DNA of 55,041 nt from a virus (IMGVR_UViG_3300023116_000059:1-55041); one strand, 5' to 3'; positions 46,901-53,477 are shown, counted from the first letter of the stretch. Notes: generated by a model from the letters alone, not told the origin. A program made the numbers and translations.

Positions 46901-48807
46901 CTATCAGTAATTCTGACAATGGGTGGGGTAGAATAGTATTCACCAGCATCTTCAATTTGGAGACTGGTTACTCTGCCACCAGTAACAATACCTTTTACAG
47001 ATGCTCTACGACCAGATGTAATCGTAATTACAGGATCTTTGGGGAAAGTATCTGTCGTGTTTACTCTAATACTTTCAATGACTTCACCAGAAAGAACAGC
47101 ATATGCTTTATCTGGTACATTGTCTATCAACACATAAGGTGGATTCTCATATCCCCTTCCTTGGTTAACAACTCTAATAGATTCTAATTTACCAAAATTG
47201 ATTCTATCTTCATCTTTATAACTAAAGACTCGTACACCATTTACTAGAATGCCAACATCTCTAGTCGATGTTTCATAAACTTCAGTAGTTCTAGTAGATT
47301 GCTTTCTGATTAATTTTAAAAGATTTTGATCTTTAACTGGTAAAGTTACACCACCATTTAAAATATCATGTGATGGATATCCAGAAGATGTGATATAATA
47401 GTATTGATCATCTTCAAAAATAGCGGAGACATCAGTGTTAGCATCATTTAGTGCTGCAGTGACGTTAGCATTTTGAGAAGATTGGACAGAGAGGTATCTG
47501 TTAAAGATCCATCTAATGTTATTAGATGCGGTATCGATAATTTTTGGATTGTCAGTTGTAAATCCAGATTCTGATACTTGTACGCTATCACCAGCATATG
47601 CATATGGATGAGTAGCACTTGGAATAACATTGTAGACAACACCTAGTGTAATAAAGGTGACATTGCCTTGTTTAATTAATGTTGGTTTGTAAATTGCTGT
47701 TCCTTTGCTATGTGCTTGGATAACAGAATCGACACCTCTATTCGTTACATTAAATTGATTGACATTTTTTGAATCATATTCAAAAATCTCTTGATCGATT
47801 AAGAATTGACCACGAGCAGGGAATCCAGAAGTAGAAAATGCATTTAATACCAAACCAGATTGACTGGAAGGAACTGCCTTCTCAAGTCTAGTCTTAGTTG
47901 AGATTGCAAAACGACCGTTAACAGTCTCTGGAGCAAGAACAATGTTCCATGTTGTCTCGCCATCATACACACCATCAACGAAAGCGTTATCTACAGTTGC
48001 AGATGCAAAACCACTTTCGTCATCTTGTGTGATGATTTGACCAATTAGTTCCTTAGGATCACCAGATAGAATTTTTACTTTTAATGCATAAATGTTGATC
48101 CAATCAGCATTCGATGCTTTATATGTAAAATCTTTTGGTTTGTAAACTTCTGGTTTAGTTTCTGGTCCAGCAACTAATGAATTAAAGACAAATTTAATTG
48201 AAGCGTCTGTACCTTTAGACCTATAGAACTTTTTAATATTCTTAATAAGAGTTCTTTTGTCTACCTCAGGTTTTAAATACTTTTCAGGGAAAGACGCAAG
48301 ATACTGTTTCTCAAAATTTCTTACAAATGCATATAAGAATAGATTGGTAATATTATAAACTACTGCACCAGATTGATGTGGTGCTGCTTCTGTAGTTTTA
48401 AAATCGCTAGATGTATACAAATCACCTAGAGATGTGTTTCCACTCACACCTCTACGGCAACCTACAAGATCATTACCTACTTTTTCTTCATAAAAAACAA
48501 TTTCGTCATCAATACGAACAAATCCGTTTTTCTCTACAAAACCAGAAGAATTGGATAAGGTAATTGTGGTAGACTGATTATCTACGCTAGTAGCAAGTGT
48601 TCCTTGCTGATTGAGGATACTCTTTTCATAAAAATCAATGTCAGCATAATCCTCGATGTTAGTAATAACATCTAGTGCTTGACCCTGCAACTCCTGCTGC
48701 TCATAATATCTCTGGACAAACTTTGAAAATAGTTCGTACTCGGATGAAATGAACTGAGGTAGTTGAGACTCAATGAGGGTAGAAATTCTCTTAGTCTTGA
48801 CTGCCAT
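37936..48807 (-). CDS. gp7: Baseplate wedge initiator, cyanophage giant form (3623 aa) with YHYH-like domain
   Basis: LIESQLPQFI, IKKFYRSKGT, ITDSFFYQDYSYVVKS, THPAGF; position between gp6 and gp8. Confidence 0.88.
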   Translation of the reverse strand: MAVKTKRISTLIESQLPQFISSEYELFSKFVQRYYEQQELQGQALDVITNIEDYADIDFYEKSILNQQGTLATSVDNQSTTITLSNSSGFVEKNGFVRIDDEIVFYEEKVGNDLVGCRRGVSGNTSLGDLYTSSDFKTTEAAPHQSGAVVYNITNLFLYAFVRNFEKQYLASFPEKYLKPEVDKRTLIKNIKKFYRSKGTDASIKFVFNSLVAGPETKPEVYKPKDFTYKASNADWINIYALKVKILSGDPKELIGQIITQDDESGFASATVDNAFVDGVYDGETTWNIVLAPETVNGRFAISTKTRLEKAVPSSQSGLVLNAFSTSGFPARGQFLIDQEIFEYDSKNVNQFNVTNRGVDSVIQAHSKGTAIYKPTLIKQGNVTFITLGVVYNVIPSATHPYAYAGDSVQVSESGFTTDNPKIIDTASNNIRWIFNRYLSVQSSQNANVTAALNDANTDVSAIFEDDQYYYITSSGYPSHDILNGGVTLPVKDQNLLKLIRKQSTRTTEVYETSTRDVGILVNGVRVFSYKDEDRINFGKLESIRVVNQGRGYENPPYVLIDNVPDKAYAVLSGEVIESIRVNTTDTFPKDPVITITSGRRASVKGIVTGGRVTSLQIEDAGEYYSTPPIVRITDRAGRGRFASYTSVITPDGRLDSFEQIDAGNFYTQENIQVDIIPVGVDATAEPKLKTWVKNRFKKYENLVDSNNGYLFQNINKSLDYGYGYLANPQQLRLLLDDNLLAIGTEPSEKTHSPILGFAYDGNPIYGPFACENPLDLTSDIIRMTSSYRNKNRRLAGPSVDTYPLGTFIDDYEYIHRSGTLDQNNGRYCVTPEYPEGTYAYFLTIDQEQKPKFPYFIGENFYSLPVDSNYNAPISQNELPTNVRRLAQPDMPVNGAGFVGVIDSVKSGTVESINTTESHNNFSVGCEFLFDSRGTDGEDIEAVVGSVKGKSVDYIESKEDKVVKLVTIQSAYLFQDDFLRQPASGASGQIIGNVVNDNIVILRNVIGSFDNTGTFSADIKTLNILLDQNSSYTKGAIITLTDGIGGNFAEGEVLETTNSQNVVKLKVLSGEFVVNTEYYLQSDNLLNTAGTKIITFSSMSDNLEPFDVNQNVALVQTTEPHGLGFGDKVDIDINPDDSTKTKNYYVRKRLYQKVKFVAPQIQTSLNYDGVGRFDLLESGADYTDDIYIDVPLTGGSGTGAKANITVIGGRVSSCVLSDGGTGYSKGEYLGVDDNSLGRSIASQSTRRLTLYVDHVGVAKGSTRFPLVSTDGIVRQDLFKIGTEIVKVVDIDGSTVIVERAQEGTVQKDHFTGQAFTLYHGQYNFDPLYHIGSANGDGYIYSYDNKTQEALIVFNYGIEIKTANKITNSILFFDSSTPSRLVRTSSAEDPVFKFEISEDNVNFDVNPLLDIQEYYRYVFDTSHSSLTGSFFDISPSKNFNLVTVERINSTVKAGNPGSFVDVKFGFGSRQSANTYTEKVGTDFLNFYYFDKNGIIDAEGSYLKIVSDPLQGTKTLAYVTDTKFVYELDEIPLWDGSGSITYTTTGQFAIGQINSVNVVNLGTNYKKTPIVKGVSPSTSLRASGTVIIDPNTQTVTGFELTEGGSNYSKPKVELIDADGVGAEFNIVIRDGKIFAITAKNGGKNYTYAPEAKIIETDLKAYAESTNIGSPQSIRIIKNGGSYHDDKTVRSLFTSATTFKVKDFAHSQFKNGEKVVQTLGGIEVASGIVLEWRNGSNLLKVGNIRGYFRDALPIRGLVSQTSANIIDRYVSILNERIETFFDNQGSFNSDRGIIGVSNQKITDSFFYQDYSYVVKSKTPIDQWRELIKSTTHPAGFLLFGEVDIETDANIRMPQKMPKASHFSVVQLWDPDKNKITVESTRRVVTQSIQKVEDSKKQRGSGSVASSEFNFNDLRAFNVRIYNRTAGFYDDIIADGKPWWYKNPFDGRELESGDTSLGSNRTGTTTFQLRDFNDNPVFPVSANNLIISLDGVVQEAGLSYTVQDDNIIFAQPPYGDGTKLTGDDGDDVTAFGGVTFYGRYVAFNQNQYNDRYFKKLASISQRNGRWIDAANQIDNNLDFILEETLGYTQATYTAVDWNVKELKFLEDLETVIKAFSHDLRFGGNADSFDFATYFKETEAGVYYKDILQEFLFAVNYAEKLCRLAIRNWDYTEPVVRYSTGSTQITMDNTENIIVGSIVSSGRAFPEGTKVVRILDENTILVSRAATQNAGGSGGAEVGIVDIEGTTGGAGVVSSTRTVSRVVDGETFEVEPGDTYIAEIAFSGTTQATFKLSGINSGTYIDASDIIRNNAEYIKEEAVGWAQSQFPNIGWANKTDKCKRDIGYLIDAITYHLRFGGNAQVVEFGQLYYIGNELGYINDQLNESLRTYEKAVELMVLAMRQTLPAGTYTAIEPVVDNSILLDTEVPYCADVEATLNTYYEIVDTILTEGRNLVPITAENLNPTGLYSGTRPLTNHDIILDPDIPVKECNDVISAINILQETVADIINGVTLTRSNPQYIDGKNKAFDLYWEDGSAVVTEEDEDLFIYLNGILQRPKFTESYPPEDSYVINRETVPNQIVFDVAPVWDQSENLKLVQEKQAVEFYGGVGIGNYKRLTIDYELVDGVRTGPFLILDVEDLTVQKIDDPRYVLVFLDGVLQRDTFSYEISGPNIFFNVPIQAEMKIDIRLLYGRDVGQTLQLYGYRPDLYYQDSKLTWNNLNAVGEYIVQEFTKGAWKGEFVANAVQVWQVRPDGTYNTLGEIVNYSILGNTFELTLFGHPYEIIEGLKFVFAVKGRYYLTYDFPWANFNDYTLSVTKNADNIKVLRNTSQWTGSSKSNQSLFDTQKFVNVAPGYKIKIDGEDGMRSILSLPPVVYGNENRPNQQISNKIYGTVPVTSYNGVARGEGLSVVAILEYEKDSEGEFVYDSEGLKIPTGKIEKLEWNQRSYDPITQPTAYQYFIPPILEFISLDGNGGGARANVLVSKGQVISVDIIDNGSGYTTAPKVVVARGFDVIRDTNTFGLDLQFTRLNPFIGGVGEGSARFNMAASSVITRSSDPAVTGGFVSSILANIPADTLYWQSTMWTSLPAVEDAQQMPVLQPGSIKIGYWETGFDAPTVTPQTQPTNIVTYLSSRVDNIQSFSTFSVTKQITTTVQRKIDNSFIENVNYYAAGAYTVVDFLIGDTVLYVNDTQKFTTNGKLMVGDEVVFYPRKISDRFLKITRAQDNTNEQDWLAGTFIRQIPDLISIAPVGIQNIQSEASIVTVGTVTNVSSSQKQKQIQIDLDSVQTVEKQIVLNINLDQKIASISTIESVRESHAEAGGKFVTVKSAFNMKTNIGLHTQQPQIVTNVQTTKQSLVIQGTVEVKHDIHLQNITTERLGQPDPEAPIAATVSEVAVVGTTTVLGAEIQAASTIVTVRNEVFTQIFFDLPPAGFVDGYVEDVNIVNPFVQRDGTIVFLIDPKIIQLRSGFTLEVDNFIFGENNEYVGNYLRGNVGSTIGNFDYVGYDDGTANVSGLSIQDMDRLFRGLTITDFEDRKNTSYTKSNEYFNLGLPSIQNPVAIYTGASGAVPGTVDVANTTYFPDSGHLYYSDGTNFGVIYYSGRTATQFLGCVSVNGANNITTTSEIIPMVME

Positions 48808-48811
48808 CTAC

Positions 48812-50608
48812 TTACTCTTTGTATGCTGTGAAACTGGAACTCGCAACATCAACATCAAGATAAACTTCACGAGATGCTTTAATATCATTTGAAAGTGGTT
48901 TTACCCTCACGGAGATCCTATTATCAAAGAAGCTACCTTTAATAATTGTCAATGCATAAATTTTTAACTCGCCTTTCTCATAATTAATATCGCCAATATC
49001 GCTGTCTAGGACAACTTTATTGCCAGTTGCAGGATCTATCCTATATAGGACGATTTTGCCCGACCTATCTTCGATATAGACATCATAATTAGGATGTTCA
49101 GTAACCCTAAAACCAGTAGATGATAAAACAGGATCGTCGCAGTCAGTATCGAACGCATTTTGAAAACATAGTTCATAATAAAAAGTTGAATTTAATTGAG
49201 GATAGAAATCCTTCCTCATTGTAACAGTTGTTAAATTTGAGTTAATTGAACGATCGGCATCATCGATAACAGCAGTAGCTTTACTATATCTAAACTTGCC
49301 ATTAAATTTTTCTGTGCTAGACTGATTAAGATAGTCTTGTACAGAACGAATCACTTTTCTTTCAATGTCGGTTGTAGTTTGATCTGTACTGTTTCTATCA
49401 TAAAATACAGAACTTTTCAGTTCAACATAAAGAATAGATGGGTCTATAATTTGTGGTTCGATTGATGCAACCACATACTTCTTAAGACCATCAATAATTT
49501 CTTTCTTTGTTAAGGATGTTAAGTAAGATGCATCCTTTGGTTTCAGTGAAATGAATACTTTTCCATACTGTGGAGGATCTGCTTCTTCTCCGCCATAGAC
49601 AATAATGTCACTTACAGCAGGATAAATCTGTCTCACAATAGTCTCATAGTCAGATGCAGTTACTGCTCTGTCTTGTGCTCCATAAGAACGAGGTGCATTG
49701 AACTTAATCTTGTTAGTGTTCTCAAGTTCTTCTCCACCTGCAGATGCAATAGATGAGTTAACAGTTACGCTATATGCAGTGGGTGGAGTGCCGTTTTGGT
49801 TCTCTAAGACACCAGAGAATACAAATGACCTTACACCATTGGATGCAGGACCATTTGTTACCATGTAAGAGACTTCTGCTCTTGTTCCGTTCTCTAGTGC
49901 TTTTCCTAGTACACCATCACCAAACAGAACTTCATATCTGTTATCTTCAATCTCATCTAGGAAAAATACTTTGGACGACCCATCAATACCAAGAATGTTC
50001 TTTGCTAGTAGGTATGGTTCGTTAAATGAACCTCCGCCAGGATAAACCTTAACAAGAACCGTAGTTGTGTCAATATTGTTATTGTCCAGAATGAATTTCT
50101 GGGAAGATAGTGATGTATCAATCGTAAACGTATTAGTCAGAAGACTTCCTTCTTTAACCGCTACGTTTGTAAATACTGCTTGCTGATTAGATACTTGCGC
50201 TTTTACATCTTCTTGTACAACATAGCGATAAGTATCATTGTCATAAGTAGCAACAAAACCTGTACCTTTCTTAAGATTTAACTCGGTATCAGTTGTTGGG
50301 TTGTCATAGTTTACAGTAAAGGACACATACGCAGTTGGAGCAGTAGCACTCTTCGGTGTGTAACCTAATTGCTTCGCAATCGCTACTACGTTGTCCCTCA
50401 ACGTGGCAGAATCAATGAATAGTTCATTGACTACCATATTGGTGTTAAACGCCGTGTAGTACGTGTTATACGCCAATACGTCAATCAAGTTCGCTAGAGC
50501 AGAACCCTCAAAGTCATAATCGGTAAAATCCGATGATGCTCTAAGATAATCTTTCAGAGCGACTTTGATTTCTTCAAAGTCTAAATTGGCAACCTGAGTA
50601 TAAGGCAT
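48812..50608 (-). CDS. gp6: Baseplate wedge subunit
   Basis: LDFEEIK, FTDYDFEGS, LAYNTYY, QDRAVTASDY, YGKVFIS. Confidence 0.95.
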   Translation of the reverse strand: MPYTQVANLDFEEIKVALKDYLRASSDFTDYDFEGSALANLIDVLAYNTYYTAFNTNMVVNELFIDSATLRDNVVAIAKQLGYTPKSATAPTAYVSFTVNYDNPTTDTELNLKKGTGFVATYDNDTYRYVVQEDVKAQVSNQQAVFTNVAVKEGSLLTNTFTIDTSLSSQKFILDNNNIDTTTVLVKVYPGGGSFNEPYLLAKNILGIDGSSKVFFLDEIEDNRYEVLFGDGVLGKALENGTRAEVSYMVTNGPASNGVRSFVFSGVLENQNGTPPTAYSVTVNSSIASAGGEELENTNKIKFNAPRSYGAQDRAVTASDYETIVRQIYPAVSDIIVYGGEEADPPQYGKVFISLKPKDASYLTSLTKKEIIDGLKKYVVASIEPQIIDPSILYVELKSSVFYDRNSTDQTTTDIERKVIRSVQDYLNQSSTEKFNGKFRYSKATAVIDDADRSINSNLTTVTMRKDFYPQLNSTFYYELCFQNAFDTDCDDPVLSSTGFRVTEHPNYDVYIEDRSGKIVLYRIDPATGNKVVLDSDIGDINYEKGELKIYALTIIKGSFFDNRISVRVKPLSNDIKASREVYLDVDVASSSFTAYKE

Positions 50609-51000
50609 TATCGTGTACGCTCTAGCAAGAAGTCTACACCAACAACTGCGTCATCTCTTCCAACGATTCGATAGTATAGTTCTACTTCGTATGCATTATT
50701 ATCAAAATCTGGAGTGCAAATAATATTTTCAACTCCAATACGTGGTTCAAAATTTTCTAGGGTTTGAATAATCTCGCCCTTGATTAAACCAGCAGTAGCG
50801 TAGTCCATTGGTTCGAACAACAAGTTCTGAACACCACATCCAATATCAGGTTGAAATAGTCTTTCTCCCTTTTTGGTAAGTAGAAGAACGGTAATCGCTT
50901 GTACAATAGCTGCCTTGTCCTTCACTGTTACCAAATCGTCGGTAACAGGGTGTTTCTTAAAAGTAACACTCAGATCTTTAAATGTCTGAAAGGTCGGCAT
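50608..51000 (-). CDS. gp25: Baseplate wedge subunit
   Basis: FKDLSVTFKKHPVTDD, GERLFQPDIG, FEPRI, LERTR. Confidence 0.93.
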   Translation of the reverse strand: MPTFQTFKDLSVTFKKHPVTDDLVTVKDKAAIVQAITVLLLTKKGERLFQPDIGCGVQNLLFEPMDYATAGLIKGEIIQTLENFEPRIGVENIICTPDFDNNAYEVELYYRIVGRDDAVVGVDFLLERTR

Positions 51001-51024
51001 TTAGACACAGTAATAGGCTGTTTC

Positions 51025-51031
51025 TATTTAT
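51025..51031 (-). promoter_or_regulatory. Late promoter ATAAATA for gp25-gp6-gp7
   Basis: tatttat on +, about 25 nt upstream of the gp25 start. Confidence 0.65.
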
Positions 51032-51247
51032 TCACTCCGTCCAACGCTCTACAAAATCGTCAAAACCTCCCGCTCCTCCACAAGGGCGTTCTAGACGGTC
51101 TTCGGGGAGTGGGTATAGTTCTTCCTTCATCTTTGACTTACGACGCCTTGCAGCGGCATCTAGAAGGCGATCACTGTCAGTTTCGGTGATCAGTGTCATG
51201 CCTTCTTCAATAAATTCTTCACCTTTGTCTACTGGAAATAGTCCCAT
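51032..51247 (-). CDS. Conserved hypothetical protein (71 aa)
   Basis: GGAGG SD; VDKGEEFIEEGMTLITE motif; cyanophage position upstream of gp25. Confidence 0.75.
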   Translation of the reverse strand: MGLFPVDKGEEFIEEGMTLITETDSDRLLDAAARRRKSKMKEELYPLPEDRLERPCGGAGGFDDFVERWTE

Positions 51248-51249
51248 TG

Positions 51250-51293
51250 AAAAAACCTCCCTAAAGTCTGTTTCCAGAACTTTTAGAGAGGTT
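51250..51293 (-). promoter_or_regulatory. Long GAAA-capped hairpin with U-tract that sequesters the SD
   Basis: minus: AACCTCTCTAAAAGTTCTG-GAAA-CAGACTTTAGGGAGGTT-TTTT; late promoter CTAAATA at 51308-51314. Confidence 0.65.
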
Positions 51294-51336
51294 GCTATCT
51301 CTTTAAATATTTAGTTTTGCTCGGCGCTTTCGGTGA

Positions 51337-51483
51337 TTAGCGCCCTTGACCCCTGTACTTCTTCTTCGCCTTATTCCGAGATGTCGCGGCATACTTCGTA
51401 TTCTTCGACGAACCTTGCCGAGTAGTCTTCGGTTTGCCCTCGATAAACTTAGTGCCACTCAAACCAATCTTTGTTCGTGCCAT
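51337..51483 (-). CDS. Small very basic protein (48 aa, MARTKIGLSG...KKYRGQGR), missed by the ORF track
   Basis: Translated by hand: ATG 51483, TAA 51337-51339; starts 2 nt after the PAAR-like gene; PKTTRQG / YRGQG motif recalled from cyanophages. Confidence 0.8.
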   Translation of the reverse strand: MARTKIGLSGTKFIEGKPKTTRQGSSKNTKYAATSRNKAKKKYRGQGR

Positions 51484-51485
51484 AG

Positions 51486-51872
51486 TTAATTTTCAATTCG
51501 TGAACCAATTACTATTGTAGGATAACTGAAGGGACCTGTCAAGGTCCTCGGTGAGGTTACGCCCGTGACTAACGTTGCTTCATCACCAGTGACTGCGAAA
51601 AGATTCCCATTGATTAACACAGTCTGGTTAACTACTGGGTTAAGTCTTCGTATTCCTGGTTGACATACACCAAGCACATTAGTAGGCAGTGGAGTGCCCT
51701 CTACTTCGTCTAGAAGGATGTTCTCGGCAACTGGGTAATGTTCTACGTACTCGCCCTCGAACTTTACGTTAGGACTCGTTGTAGATGCCCCTCCCAGTTC
51801 CTTGGCGGGGAATGTACATAACCCATCTGTACTGGGCGTATCTATGCAATCTGGTCCAACTACATTGGGCAT
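51486..51872 (-). CDS. PAAR-like tail spike tip protein (gp5.4-like)
   Basis: SPNVKFEG and TVLINGNLFAVTGD resemble degenerate PAAR motifs; three Cys; upstream of gp25. Confidence 0.6.
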   Translation of the reverse strand: MPNVVGPDCIDTPSTDGLCTFPAKELGGASTTSPNVKFEGEYVEHYPVAENILLDEVEGTPLPTNVLGVCQPGIRRLNPVVNQTVLINGNLFAVTGDEATLVTGVTSPRTLTGPFSYPTIVIGSRIEN

Positions 51873-51874
51873 CG

Positions 51875-52105
51875 TTATACTTGTGTTGCGATTTTTACTA
51901 TGTCTCTCTTTAACCCTTCAACATTATTATGCAAATAATCTAATGTCTGAGCGATCGTCTCATACTCCTCAGATGATGGGCGGTGGTACATCAAGGTGGG
52001 GCGCTCCAGTTGCGACATCCGTTGGTCCAGGCTCTGCAATCTCTCTGACAGCCAGAGGAGTGTCCTCTCCTGCTCGTTCAATCTCTCCAGTAACTCGTCC
52101 GTCAT
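51875..52105 (-). CDS. Coiled-coil hypothetical protein (probable start MTDELL)
   Basis: GAGGTGA SD before ATG at 52105; LERPTLMYHRP...TLDYLH. Confidence 0.7.
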   Translation of the reverse strand: MTDELLERLNEQERTLLWLSERLQSLDQRMSQLERPTLMYHRPSSEEYETIAQTLDYLHNNVEGLKRDIVKIATQV

Positions 52106-52214
52106 TTTGATCACCTCTCATGAATGCGTTGGATGCTCTCTCTTCAAACTCGTCGCAAAATTTGTCAAAGTTCTCTAAGATCTTTGCGTAATTTTCAAAA
52201 TCGGGTTTTTCCAT
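51969..52214 (-). CDS. Hypothetical protein overlapping the next gene
   Basis: First ORF after late promoter 52260-52266; ILENFDKFCDEFE. Confidence 0.6.
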   Translation of the reverse strand: MEKPDFENYAKILENFDKFCDEFEERASNAFMRGDQNDGRVTGEIERAGEDTPLAVREIAEPGPTDVATGAPHLDVPPPII

Positions 52215-52259
52215 AATTTTTTTCTGGGGGAATTTTTTTATATCGGGTCCCTCGAAGAA

Positions 52260-52266
52260 TATTTAT
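52260..52266 (-). promoter_or_regulatory. Late promoter ATAAATA at the start of the structural module
   Basis: tatttat on + in the early/late boundary gap. Confidence 0.6.
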
Positions 52267-52331
52267 CGGTCGTCTGGATACTTTTGTAGGTTAGGAAGGA
52301 CCCACGTTTTTCGCTTGGCGACCCTAAGTAA

Positions 52332-52360
52332 CAACAAAGGGGGGCAAATCACTGCCCCCT
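52332..52360 (-). terminator. Rho-independent terminator ending the early block
   Basis: minus: AGGGGGCA-GTGATT-TGCCCCCC-TTTGTTG. Confidence 0.8.
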
Positions 52361-52376
52361 CGGTATACCTTACTGT

Positions 52377-52553
52377 TCAATCGCTAAGTGTTAACTGCTT
52401 AGCGATTTGCTTGCCTACGAAGTCACGAACTTGATATGGAATTGTTATCTGTTTAGATGATGATTGATGGCGGTAGATCATATGCTTAGCGCCTTGCCTA
52501 TGCATAATCCAACCCTGTGCTTTTGCTAGTTTTTTGAGTTGCTTACTGGTCAC
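52377..52553 (-). CDS. hicA: HicA-family (dsRBD-fold mRNA interferase-like) protein
   Basis: KQLKKLAKAQGW..HRQGAKHMIYRH....ITIP; probable GTG start overlapping the upstream TGA. Confidence 0.75.
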   Translation of the reverse strand: MTSKQLKKLAKAQGWIMHRQGAKHMIYRHQSSSKQITIPYQVRDFVGKQIAKQLTLSD

Positions 52554-52816
52554 AGTTCCCACAGCATTTCGTTCATCTCATCTGCATCGATTGCAGGGTC
52601 ATTCCATGCAACACCGTCGCCAGTCTTGCAGAGGTGGCGACCAATCTGCCCATCCATCATGCAGCGCACAAACTTATCCCAAGGGGTCTCAATCCCTGCA
52701 TCTCTGTATACAACACATGCCTTAGCAGTGTTATAGAGAAACTCATCATTGTTGATCCACAGGGATGCATTCCAAGTTTCGTAGTTTGCCCAACCGTTGT
52801 AAGTTTCAGTGCTCAT
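52550..52816 (-). CDS. Conserved phage hypothetical protein (YNGWANYETWN family)
   Basis: YNGWANYETWNASLWINNDEFLY...TGDGVAW. Confidence 0.8.
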   Translation of the reverse strand: MSTETYNGWANYETWNASLWINNDEFLYNTAKACVVYRDAGIETPWDKFVRCMMDGQIGRHLCKTGDGVAWNDPAIDADEMNEMLWEL

Positions 52817-52871
52817 GATTCAGTGACAGGGTGAAGTGAAGATGGGGTTAGGATCGCGTGGCGGACGCTTC

Positions 52872-53054
52872 TCAGTATCCGTAGCGGGCACGGCGTCGCT
52901 CGGTTTCGTAGCGGCGGGCGTCGATGTCGTCAGCGGTGAAGTAATCATCGAAGTCTCCGTCGCCCATGTCGGTGGCATAGTTGGCAGGTTGCTGACCAGC
53001 ACGACCAGCGAGAGCAGCGAATGAGAAGCGGTCAAAGTTGGTTTCGTTTGTCAT
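52872..53054 (-). CDS. Hypothetical early protein (60 aa; probable leaderless start MTNETNF)
   Basis: ATG 6 nt after TATACT -10. Confidence 0.65.
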   Translation of the reverse strand: MTNETNFDRFSFAALAGRAGQQPANYATDMGDGDFDDYFTADDIDARRYETERRRARYGY

Positions 53055-53060
53055 GAGACT

Positions 53061-53119
53061 AGTATAGGGGTTAGGGGCGCACAATCTGCTCAACAGTGGA
53101 CAGAGCATCTGCTGTCACA
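53061..53119 (-). promoter_or_regulatory. Early-type promoter, motif copy A
   Basis: minus: TGTGACAGCAGATGCTCTGTCCAC-N29-TATACT. Confidence 0.75.
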
Positions 53120-53235
53120 GTACGGGCAGGGGTGCTGGTCCAGAAGAGGACGCCAACCGCTGCTAGGATGACGAGTCGGAACATGGTCTGTCTGTGAAAC
53201 TCAGGGGAACGGGAACGGGTGAGGGCGTCGATCAC
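53071..53235 (-). CDS. Small single-pass membrane protein (54 aa), missed by the ORF track
   Basis: GTG overlaps the upstream TGA; (M)IDALTRSRSPEFHRQTMFRLVILAAVGVLFWTSTPARTVTADALSTVEQIVRP. Confidence 0.65.
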   Translation of the reverse strand: MIDALTRSRSPEFHRQTMFRLVILAAVGVLFWTSTPARTVTADALSTVEQIVRP

Positions 53236-53453
53236 TTGGCAACCCCGAACACCAGATCAGCGATGGCGTTGCTGTTGGCATCGGTGCGACACCAGCGGAT
53301 GGGTTCACCAGCAGGGGGGCACATCCAGATCATGCATTCCTCTCCCCACAGTTGACCGATCCTGAAAGCGTGGTTCATATCGGTCGCCCAGTCGCACCCG
53401 TTAGGATCGAACTTGCCCCATGCTGAGGGTTGAACTGCAATGGCGTTGGTCAA
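53232..53453 (-). CDS. Hypothetical early protein (73 aa, Trp/Cys/Met-rich)
   Basis: TTG start with AAGGA SD, downstream of promoter copy B. Confidence 0.65.
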   Translation of the reverse strand: MTNAIAVQPSAWGKFDPNGCDWATDMNHAFRIGQLWGEECMIWMCPPAGEPIRWCRTDANSNAIADLVFGVAK

Positions 53454-53477
53454 TTGCGTTTCCTTTGAACTGAAGTC

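Noticed and set aside
13328-48807. Inteins or introns explaining the very large ORFs
   Set aside because: No intein splice junction motifs or homing endonuclease motifs noticed; size is explained by repeated structural modules
52820-53035. 71-aa minus ORF overlapping 52872-53054
   Set aside because: Out-of-frame overlap with low-complexity P/T/A content; the other frame has the promoter-aligned ATG
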